A DNA stretch of 64,000 nt from Burkholderiales bacterium (GTDB lineage Bacteria; Pseudomonadota; Gammaproteobacteria; Burkholderiales; SG8-39). Of the stretch, positions 45,172 to 53,933 are shown piece by piece. The stretch lies in assembly GCA_035637655.1 (NCBI GenBank), contig DASPWT010000198.1, forward strand, positions 2,840-66,839. The letters run 5' to 3'. The notes under the pieces are model-generated. The model was not told the origin of the DNA. It ran no database searches and was given only the letters and a program-made list of their open reading frames with translations. The translations under genes were made by a program, and so were the position numbers. The stretch's first letter is position 1. The number at the start of each line of letters is the position of its first letter.

Positions 45172-45188
45172 CTGCAGATTCCATGCCA
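45172..45188 (-). promoter_or_regulatory. sigma54 (-24/-12) promoter for glnA
   Basis: The minus strand reads TGGCATGGAATCTGCAG. GG and GC have exactly the canonical spacing (consensus TGGCAC-N5-TTGCA). It lies about 70 nt upstream of the glnA ATG. Confidence 0.7.
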
Positions 45189-45241
45189 TCCGGCGCAAAA
45201 AAGGCAGGCCATTGTGCCATAAGCGAGGACCTTGGGGTGTG

Positions 45242-45258
45242 GCGCACCAAATCGGCGC
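45242..45258 (-). promoter_or_regulatory. Putative NtrC binding site (proximal)
   Basis: GCGCACCAAATCGGCGC has GCAC-N7-GCGC, one mismatch from the GCAC-N7-GTGC core of the NtrC consensus TGCACC-N5-GGTGCA. Confidence 0.45.
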
Positions 45259-45272
45259 GAACCCGTAAATAT

Positions 45273-45291
45273 CCGCACTACGCCAGTGCGG
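45273..45291 (-). promoter_or_regulatory. Putative NtrC binding site (distal)
   Basis: CCGCACT-ACGCC-AGTGCGG is a perfect 7-bp inverted repeat with the GCAC-N7-GTGC core, about 85-100 nt upstream of the -24 element. Confidence 0.55.
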
Positions 45292-45365
45292 AACAACTCC
45301 CGATCCGGTAGCCGGCGAGTTAAACTATCACGCGTCCCATACTTCGCGTCCATACGGGGAGCCCT

Positions 45366-45827
45366 ATGCCCACGGAATCCGCAAATGAAATCCTCGCCCG
45401 AGCCAAACAACGTGCGGACGCGATGAAACTGCCCTACGCGGGCGCGCTGCTCCCGTCAGAAGCGCGCGCGGTCATGCAGCAGATTCCGGGGGCGAGATTG
45501 ATCGACGTGCGCACCCAGGCCGAGTGGGAATACGTCGGTCGCGTTCCCGATTCGGTATTGATCGAGTGGAATTCCTATCCGAGCGGTCAGCGCAACCCGC
45601 AATTCTTGGAGGAGCTCCAGACCAAGGTGGCAAAGACCGAGGCGCCGGTGATGTTCTTGTGCCGTTCCGGGGCGCGCTCCCACCAGGCCGCGATAGCGGC
45701 AAGCCAGGCCGGTTATCCGAACAGCTACAACATTCTCGAGGGCTTCGAAGGCGACAAGGACGGGCACGGACATCGCAACACCGTGGGGGGCTGGCGCGTT
45801 GCCGGGCTGCCCTGGGTACAAGGGTAG
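45366..45827 (+). CDS. Rhodanese-like domain protein (sulfurtransferase)
   Basis: 153 aa: LIDVRTQAEWEYVGRVP..., with the active-site loop FLCRSGARS. Confidence 0.82.
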   Translation: MPTESANEILARAKQRADAMKLPYAGALLPSEARAVMQQIPGARLIDVRTQAEWEYVGRVPDSVLIEWNSYPSGQRNPQFLEELQTKVAKTEAPVMFLCRSGARSHQAAIAASQAGYPNSYNILEGFEGDKDGHGHRNTVGGWRVAGLPWVQG

Positions 45828-45888
45828 CCGCCCTAATTCCGCGCGACGGCGGAACGGATCCGCGATCCGACTGTAGCGTTTTCGCCTC

Positions 45889-46713
45889 TTAGCCCCCCGA
45901 CCAGCTCACCAGCCCGGTCCAGGCCGTCACTAGCACGACGGCGCCGAAAGCGACGCGGTACCAGGCAAACGGTGTGAAATCGTGGCTGGCGATATAACGC
46001 AACAGCCAGCGCACGCAGAGGAACGCCGATGTGAATGCCGCGACCGAGCCGACCGCGAACATGCCGAGGTCGCCCGAATCGAACAGCGCGCGGTTCTTCC
46101 AGAAATCGTAGGCGCCGGCGGCGACCAGCGTCGGCACCGCAAGAAAAAACGAGAACTCGGTCGCCGCGCGGCGCGAAAGCCCGAAGATCATTCCACCGAT
46201 GATTGTGGCCCCGGAACGCGAAGTGCCCGGGATCAACGCGAACGCCTGGGCGATGCCGACTTTCAGGGCATCCTTCCAGGTCATATCGTCCACGCTTTGA
46301 ACCACCACGTTGCGTCGACGTCTTTCCACCCAAAGAATAATGAATGCGCCGACGATGAAGGCGACCGCAACGGGCACGGCGTGGAAAAGATAGGTCTTGA
46401 TTAGCTTGCCGAAGGCAAGTCCCAGCACGGCGGCAGGAATGAACGCAACGAAGAGATTCATCGTGAAACGCTGCGCGGCGCGATCCGAAGCGAGTCCCGC
46501 CAGTACGCGATAGAATTTGGCGCGATATTCCCAGACGATCGCGAGCATCGCGCCGGCCTGGATCACGATTTCGAAGACTTTGGCCTTCTCGTCGTCGAAG
46601 CCGAGCAGATCGCCCGCGAGAATCAGGTGGCCGGTAGAGGAGATCGGCAGAAATTCCGTCAGACCTTCGATGACGCCGAGAACAAGCGCTTTCGCGAGCA
46701 AAGCCAGGTCCAC
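45889..46713 (-). CDS. uppP: Undecaprenyl-diphosphate phosphatase
   Basis: 274 aa with a GTG start: [28 protein letters not shown]. It is polytopic and hydrophobic. Confidence 0.92.
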   Translation of the reverse strand: MDLALLAKALVLGVIEGLTEFLPISSTGHLILAGDLLGFDDEKAKVFEIVIQAGAMLAIVWEYRAKFYRVLAGLASDRAAQRFTMNLFVAFIPAAVLGLAFGKLIKTYLFHAVPVAVAFIVGAFIILWVERRRRNVVVQSVDDMTWKDALKVGIAQAFALIPGTSRSGATIIGGMIFGLSRRAATEFSFFLAVPTLVAAGAYDFWKNRALFDSGDLGMFAVGSVAAFTSAFLCVRWLLRYIASHDFTPFAWYRVAFGAVVLVTAWTGLVSWSGG

Positions 46714-46724
46714 GCGGACCCCCC

Positions 46725-46753
46725 AAAAAGAAAGAGCGGCAATTTCTTGCCGC
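46725..46753 (-). terminator. Intrinsic terminator after thiC
   Basis: The minus strand has a perfect 7-bp stem with a GAAA tetraloop (GCGGCAA-GAAA-TTGCCGC), followed by TCTTTCTTTTT. Confidence 0.8.
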
Positions 46754-46772
46754 CCCGAGTTTAGCGGAAGGC

Positions 46773-48692
<1,920 letters not shown>

Positions 48693-48693
48693 T

Positions 48694-48788
48694 CAACGCT
48701 TCCCTGCGGCGGCATTATCCGCATCAGGTTCGAAGGGTTTGCTCTCACCCGGCCAGGCAAGTTTGCTTTGGTCAGGACCCCTACGTTG
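48694..48788 (-). promoter_or_regulatory. TPP (THI-box) riboswitch controlling thiC
   Basis: The minus strand reads CAACG-TAGGGGTCC...GGGTGAGAGCAAACCCTTCGAACCTGATGCGGATAATGCCGCCGCAGGGAAG-CGTTG. It matches the conserved TPP aptamer cores (C)UGAGA, ACCCUU.GAACCUGAU..GGAUAAUGCC..GCAGGGA, with a P1 of CAACG/CGTTG. Confidence 0.85.
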
Positions 48789-48797
48789 CTCGAAAGG

Positions 48798-48826
48798 ACC
48801 TTACTCCAAGCGGTGGGGCTTGGCAA
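48798..48826 (-). promoter_or_regulatory. Possible sigma70 promoter for the thiC leader
   Basis: The minus strand has TTGCCA-N17-TAAGGT, which would place the transcription start a few nt before riboswitch P1. The -10 match is weak. Confidence 0.3.
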
Positions 48827-48831
48827 GCCTA

Positions 48832-49260
48832 TCAACTGCGGGGGCGTATTGCGAATGTTATCCGGATGCAGTTGCGCTCGCCTTCGCGGCTGTAGGCCGC
48901 GTTCCTGGCAAGCGATCTAATTAGTTTTAGGCCGAGACCACCCACCGGTTTCTGAGTGATGAGGGCGCCGGTATCCATGGGGCGATATTCGCCGAACGGA
49001 TTGTGAGGCGGGGCTGCGTCCTCGTAGCGCAAAGTAAATCCCGTATCGCATGGATCAAATGCGATCCAGACTGGGGATTCGCTCTCCTCGCGATAGCCGT
49101 GGGTGACCGTATTCGTGAATAGTTCCTCGACGATAAGGAGGAGCTTCAGGCAATCTTCCCGACCTATCCCGGCCGTGATACACGCGCCCTCAACAAAGGT
49201 CCGGATTTCGACCATGGAGTCCATCCTGGCTGGGAACCGTGCAAGCGGGGCGTTAGCCAT
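48832..49260 (-). CDS. RsbW/SpoIIAB-like anti-sigma-type serine kinase (HATPase_c_2) protein
   Basis: 142 aa with an N-box EELFTNTVTHG, a G1-like segment YEDAAPPHNPF and a G2 box GGLGLKLI. No clear SD is visible, so the start is uncertain. Confidence 0.72.
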   Translation of the reverse strand: MANAPLARFPARMDSMVEIRTFVEGACITAGIGREDCLKLLLIVEELFTNTVTHGYREESESPVWIAFDPCDTGFTLRYEDAAPPHNPFGEYRPMDTGALITQKPVGGLGLKLIRSLARNAAYSREGERNCIRITFAIRPRS

Positions 49261-49369
49261 CGGGGATGAGCCAGAAGAAGGCCGTTTGGGCTATTATAGG
49301 AACAAAGGCGCGCTCGCAGGCGCTGGCCACCTCCGGAATTGCAAGGCGGGCAAATTATGGGGGGTTACT

Positions 49370-49825
49370 ATGCAGTCAACGCGTTTAATCGTCACTCGTC
49401 GATTTCTTCTTGTGTGCGCGTGCAGCATTGCGCCGATTGCAGGCTGGGCAAATGACATAGCCCAGTTTAGGGTCGCCAGAGGCTCGGTATATCTCGAGCG
49501 GAGCGGGCAGCGCCTCCCGGCACGCGTGGGAACGCATCTGCAGGCGACCGACACTGTGGTAACCGGATCGGACGGATCGGCCGGTATTACCTTCGTCGAC
49601 AATTCGCTACTGTCAGTCGGCCCCAACAGCGTGCTTGCCATCGAGCGATACGCGTTCAACTCGACCACGCACGAAGGTGCTTTCGAATCCTCTCTCCGCA
49701 AGGGAACTCTGTCGGTAGTGTCTGGGAAAATAGCCAAGCAGTCTCCCGACGCAATGAAAGTGAAGACTCCTTCTTCGATACTCGGGGTGCGCGGAACCGA
49801 GTTCCTCGTTCGCTCCAACGACTGA
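49370..49825 (+). CDS. FecR-domain periplasmic protein
   Basis: 151 aa from MQSTRLIV... A signal peptide ends in AGWA. The FecR-type segment is GSVYLERSG...ARVGTHLQATDTVVTGSDGSAGITFVDNSLLSVGPNSVLAI. The part of the track ORF upstream of 49370 is discarded. Confidence 0.75.
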   Translation: MQSTRLIVTRRFLLVCACSIAPIAGWANDIAQFRVARGSVYLERSGQRLPARVGTHLQATDTVVTGSDGSAGITFVDNSLLSVGPNSVLAIERYAFNSTTHEGAFESSLRKGTLSVVSGKIAKQSPDAMKVKTPSSILGVRGTEFLVRSND

Positions 49826-49840
49826 GCCCTAAAGGACCTC

Positions 49841-50434
49841 ATGCGCCGGAATTACGCTGCGCTCATCGCGGCCCTGGTCCTGGGCGGCTGCGCTACGCCG
49901 AGCCAAGACCTCGTTGTGCTGTTGCCGGACAAGGAGGGCAAGGTCGGAACAGTCCTTATCCAAGGCCAGAAGGGCAGTGCCGTGCTCAACACCGCTTACG
50001 CCACAGCCAGGACGACATCCGATGGCAGTGTGCAACGCGGCGCCGCAAGTCAGAGCGAAGTAAAGGACGTTTTCGGCAGTGCGCTGGCAGCCCAGCCGCC
50101 ACGCCCGATTTCCTTCACCCTCTATTTCGAGAGCGGCAACGACGAATTTACCGAGGAATCGAAGCAGGAAGTAAAGCGTTTGCTTGCCGAGATGGCGCGC
50201 AGACAGGCACCGGATATTACGGTTATTGGCCACACCGATGTGGTCGGCCCGGATCCGTCCAACGATGCGCTTTCTCTTCAGCGAGCCGAGCGCGTGAAGT
50301 CGATCCTGGCGGGAATGGGCATCCCCGCCGAGCGGATCCTGACTGCTGGCCGCGGCAGACGCGAGCCTCTGATCCCCACAGGCGACGGGGTTTCCGAGCC
50401 GCGGAATCGGCGCGTAGAGGTCAACGTGCGCTAG
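49841..50434 (+). CDS. OmpA-family (OmpA_C-like, peptidoglycan-binding) lipoprotein
   Basis: 197 aa with a lipobox (LVLGGC) and a C-terminal OmpA-like motif ITVIGHTDVVGPDPSNDALSLQRAERV...NRRVEV. Confidence 0.82.
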   Translation: MRRNYAALIAALVLGGCATPSQDLVVLLPDKEGKVGTVLIQGQKGSAVLNTAYATARTTSDGSVQRGAASQSEVKDVFGSALAAQPPRPISFTLYFESGNDEFTEESKQEVKRLLAEMARRQAPDITVIGHTDVVGPDPSNDALSLQRAERVKSILAGMGIPAERILTAGRGRREPLIPTGDGVSEPRNRRVEVNVR

Positions 50435-52527
50435 GGTCCGTTCCAGCGCAGCACCAGGAGCGTAAGGTCGTCCGCAGCTTCGGCACCTCCGACGAATTGC
50501 GCGACGTCGGCACGGATCGCGTCAACGAGCGCTGCCGGATTTTCGGCGTTCCGCGCGCGCTCTAGTGCGTCGCGCAACCGACCAGCCCCGTAGAACTCCC
50601 CTGCTGGATTCATTGCCTCGGTCACCCCATCGGACACAACACACACAATCCCTCGTCGGCTCATCCAATGCTCGGCGGCGACGTAGGAAAATCCGTCTAG
50701 CACGCATAACGGCGGCCCACCGCCTTCCTCAAGTCGGGCAATTTCACTATGAGGAGCCAGAACGTAAGGCGGTTCGTGCCCGGCGCTGCAATATTCCAGG
50801 CGACCGCTCAGCACGTCGAGTACTCCTGCAAAAACAGTCACGAAGAAAGATTCGGGATTTTCTCGCGCGATTTCCGCGTTGGCCTCACGGAGCAATCCAT
50901 CGATTCGACGCCCGCTTCGAAGGGCGGCACTCTTGCACAGAGCTTTGCTGACCGCCATGAAGATGCTGGCAGCCAAGCCCTTCCCGGAAACGTCGCCTAC
51001 GAGAAAGAATAGGCGTTCGGCGTCGAGCATAAAGAAGTCGTATAGATCCCCTCCTACTTCCCGCGCGGGCTCCATAGAGGCGAAAATCTCGAAGCGATGT
51101 TCCGCGGGGAACGCCGACTCGGGCCGCGGGAGGCTGCCGATCTGGATGCGTCGCGCCGCGTCAAGCTCACCTGCCAGGCGCGCCGCCGCTTCGCGCTCGC
51201 GTTGCAGGCGCTCCTGCAGCAATCTCCGCTGAGCGTTTGCCTCGGCAAGCGTCTCGACAAGCATCGCAGCAAACAGGAAGGCAACAGCGGCGCTGGGAAC
51301 CGAAGCGTCGATCAAAAGTCCCGCGGCCCGGTATGCTCCGAAGCCAGCCGCACCCAGCATGATCAGTAGCAAAACGAATAGAACCGTCGAACGCCCCGGC
51401 GAGAGGCGAGGCACGGAACAGACGACTACCAAGCCCACGACGAAAAGGGCCAGCCCCTCAACCCAGGCTGCCCATCGCGGGCGCATCAACAGTGCGGCGT
51501 CAAAAATGTTCTCAAGCACCTGTGCGTGAATCTCGATCCCGGGCATGCGTTCGCCGAGCGGCGTCGTTTGGTAGTCGATGAGGCCTAGTCCGGTAACCCC
51601 GACGAGCACGAGCTTGCGCTCAAGTTGAGCGTGGTCAGCTTTCCCGGCCAGCACATCCGCAGCCGAGATGAATCGACTTGCATCATGAGACGTGTAGTGG
51701 ACCCACAGGCGTCCGTCCGATTGGGTGGGTACGGTCACGTCGCCGATTCCCACGGCTTCGACCCCGGCTGCGCCGCCGCGCACGAAGAAGAGCGGTTCCC
51801 CACTCGCCAAACGAAGGGTCTCCAGACTCAAGGGCAGCACCGGAGTCGTACCGACAAGTGCCACCATCGGCATGCGCCGAACAACGCCTGCTTCGGTATC
51901 GGCGCTGAGTAGTCCGTGTCCTCGCGCGGCCACGTCGATTTCCGGGAGACTCCGAAGGGCAGAACCGTAGCGACGCAGGGTCCCCCGCGCATCGGTTCCC
52001 CTTTGCACGGACGGCGTCAGCGTTGCCGCCTCAGAAGCCGCGCCGGTCTCAAGCCCTGCAATGCCCAGTACGACCGGAGCGGCCTTGATCGACGCGGCGA
52101 GTATCGCATCGTGGCGCGGCAGCTTTCCGAGACGCGCCGCCAATTGCGGATCGGCGTCGGCCACTGAAGGTGCAAGCCACTCGGGGGAAAGACGGTCGGG
52201 CTCCGGAAACAGTATGTCCACCCCGATTGCCGCGGGGCGGGCTGTGCCGAGCTTATCGATCAGCTGTGCAATCAAAGTGCGCGGCCACGGCCATTGACCG
52301 AATCGGTCCAGACTTACCTCGTCTATGGCGACGATGACCGCAGGCGCCGAGTGCCTTTCGCGCGGAGACAGTTCCTGGTAGCCGTCGAGCCACGCAAGAC
52401 GCATTGCAGCGACGACGGGCATGTCCTGCCACAGGATCGGTACAAAAAGCAGTGCAAGCAAGACCAGACCGTGACGAACCCCACGTGAATCGAACATGCC
52501 CACCAGACGATCTGCTCCGGCACCCAA
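50431..52527 (-). CDS. Membrane sensor phosphatase: periplasmic CHASE2 domain, TM segments, and a SpoIIE/PP2C serine phosphatase
   Basis: About 690-698 aa. An N-terminal TM segment is followed by CHASE2-like VIVAIDEVSLDRFGQWPWPR...IGVDILFPEPD, then hydrophobic helices (WAAWVEGLALFVVGLVVV..., FVLLLIMLGAAGFGAY..., AVAFLFAAMLV). The PP2C part has VGGDLYDF, LVGDVSGKG, CSAGHEPP and SDGVTE. Start options are TTG 52527, GTG 52503 and ATG 52497. Confidence 0.8.
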   Translation of the reverse strand: MGAGADRLVGMFDSRGVRHGLVLLALLFVPILWQDMPVVAAMRLAWLDGYQELSPRERHSAPAVIVAIDEVSLDRFGQWPWPRTLIAQLIDKLGTARPAAIGVDILFPEPDRLSPEWLAPSVADADPQLAARLGKLPRHDAILAASIKAAPVVLGIAGLETGAASEAATLTPSVQRGTDARGTLRRYGSALRSLPEIDVAARGHGLLSADTEAGVVRRMPMVALVGTTPVLPLSLETLRLASGEPLFFVRGGAAGVEAVGIGDVTVPTQSDGRLWVHYTSHDASRFISAADVLAGKADHAQLERKLVLVGVTGLGLIDYQTTPLGERMPGIEIHAQVLENIFDAALLMRPRWAAWVEGLALFVVGLVVVCSVPRLSPGRSTVLFVLLLIMLGAAGFGAYRAAGLLIDASVPSAAVAFLFAAMLVETLAEANAQRRLLQERLQREREAAARLAGELDAARRIQIGSLPRPESAFPAEHRFEIFASMEPAREVGGDLYDFFMLDAERLFFLVGDVSGKGLAASIFMAVSKALCKSAALRSGRRIDGLLREANAEIARENPESFFVTVFAGVLDVLSGRLEYCSAGHEPPYVLAPHSEIARLEEGGGPPLCVLDGFSYVAAEHWMSRRGIVCVVSDGVTEAMNPAGEFYGAGRLRDALERARNAENPAALVDAIRADVAQFVGGAEAADDLTLLVLRWNGP

Positions 52528-52580
52528 CCTCTTTCCGGAATATCCGCCGGAATCTTCGGCACTCGGCGAGCTTTCGCCGC

Positions 52581-53546
52581 TCAGAGCTCGATCTCCAAGC
52601 CGTCGTAGGCGACCGAGATGCGCAGCGGTTCACCCGTTCGCGAGATTTCTTCGTAACGCAAGGTTTCCCGCCAAATCTGGGCGATGCGTTCGTCGTTGTT
52701 GGCCGGTTCGTGGTGGAAAAGCACCAGGTGTTTCACATTGGCAAGCTGGCAAAGTTCGACCCCGACCACGTTGCTCGAGTGGCCCCAGTCCTCCTTCACC
52801 GACACCGCTTCCGCGAGCGAGTACATGGCGTCGAAAATCACCAAGTCCGCGTCAGCAAAAAAAGTGGCGGCGCCTTCAACCGCATCCGGGACGTCCAGCC
52901 GATGCTCCGAATCGGTCGAATAGACAATGATCCGGCCGTCGCGGACGAATCGATAGCCATAGGAATCACCGGAATGGCTCTGCAGCTTGGCAGTCACGCT
53001 CCATCCGGCGAGCTCGTAGCTCCGGCCAGGCTGGAGCGTGACGAATTCTATCGAGGCACGGAGGCGATCAAACGGCACAGGGAAACTGGGCGGGTCCTGT
53101 TGGCGGCGAAAGGCTTCTTCGAGGTTGCTGTGACAGCCGTAAATCCGAATCTTGTTTCCAGGGACATAGGCCGGAGCAAAAAACGGAAAGCCCATGATGT
53201 GGTCCCAGTGAAGATGGGATTGGAACACGTGGAAGACGTTGGCCTTGGTGGGACCGTCCCGGGTAATTACATGGTTTCCGAAGGCGCGTACGCCGCTCCC
53301 GAGGTCGCACAATATATGCTCTTCGTCACCCGCGTCGAGCTGCACGCAGGCGGAATTGCCTCCGAAAGTGTGCGAAACCGCAAAATCAAGTTCAGAGTCG
53401 ACCCATGTCCGCGCCTTTTCCTGCGTGTCCAGGCGCTTGCCCGAAGCCGCGACTATCGCATGGGCAAGCTTGTCCCTGATCGACGCGGAGTCCAGAGAGA
53501 CGGGGATGGAACCGCGCGTTCCCCAGAACGTGACCCACAGCGCCAT
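52581..53546 (-). CDS. MBL-fold metallo-hydrolase (Lactamase_B_2/PhnP-like)
   Basis: 321 aa: MALWVTFWGTRGSIP, the HxHxDH motif (SHLHWDH), and later His/Asp ligand positions (YSTDSEH, DWGHSS, LFHHEP). Confidence 0.8.
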   Translation of the reverse strand: MALWVTFWGTRGSIPVSLDSASIRDKLAHAIVAASGKRLDTQEKARTWVDSELDFAVSHTFGGNSACVQLDAGDEEHILCDLGSGVRAFGNHVITRDGPTKANVFHVFQSHLHWDHIMGFPFFAPAYVPGNKIRIYGCHSNLEEAFRRQQDPPSFPVPFDRLRASIEFVTLQPGRSYELAGWSVTAKLQSHSGDSYGYRFVRDGRIIVYSTDSEHRLDVPDAVEGAATFFADADLVIFDAMYSLAEAVSVKEDWGHSSNVVGVELCQLANVKHLVLFHHEPANNDERIAQIWRETLRYEEISRTGEPLRISVAYDGLEIEL

Positions 53547-53549
53547 CGG

Positions 53550-53933
53550 TCAGGTGCCATGGGCGGAGTCGTAGGCCGCCAGAGCAGTCGGCGAAACTTT
53601 GGCCAGAGCCTCGCGCACGGACTCAAAACACTGGAAGACGAGATTGAAGCGGCTGATCTCGAAGATTTCGCGCACCACGGGCTGGAGCGCCGCTACCACA
53701 ATGGAGCCTCCCTGCTCACGAATTTGTTTGCCCGCCAGCATCAAGACGCGCAACCCGACACTGCTAATGTAGTCCACCTTCGAAAAATCCAAGACCAGGC
53801 GATCCCCCCCTGCGAGGCAGGTGGCTAAATAGCCGTCAAGCCCGGACTTCAGCCCGTCGGTGGTGCTGTTGTCGACTCGCCCGATAGGGGCGAGCACCAG
53901 TGCGTCGCCATAACGTTCTTGGGATACATGCAT
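53550..53933 (-). CDS. STAS-domain anti-sigma-factor antagonist (RsbV/SpoIIAA-like)
   Basis: 127 aa from MHVSQERYGDALVLAPIGRVD, with the phospho-acceptor context LDFSKVDYISSVGLRVL. The stop lies 3 nt before the MBL gene's ATG. The 66-aa upstream extension in the track is not supported by family architecture. Confidence 0.78.
   Translation of the reverse strand: MHVSQERYGDALVLAPIGRVDNSTTDGLKSGLDGYLATCLAGGDRLVLDFSKVDYISSVGLRVLMLAGKQIREQGGSIVVAALQPVVREIFEISRFNLVFQCFESVREALAKVSPTALAAYDSAHGT

Noticed and set aside
45828-45888. Small hairpins (TTCCGC-GCGACG-GCGGAA; CGGATC-CGC-GATCCG) between the convergent rhodanese and uppP genes
   Set aside because: The stems are short and neither strand has a proper U-tract, so I do not call a terminator.
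49330-49350. sigma54-like TGGCCA...TTGCA upstream of the FecR gene (and TGGGCACCGGCTGC near 21505)
   Set aside because: The GG-to-GC spacing is wrong by several nucleotides relative to the obligatory -24/-12 geometry.
52404-53828. 474-aa plus-strand ORF across the MBL and STAS genes, and similar antisense ORFs at 31630..32805, 37686..38768, 58457..59605 and 63181..63990
   Set aside because: None has motif content, and each is opposite a gene with clear family signatures. This is the usual GC-rich frame artefact.
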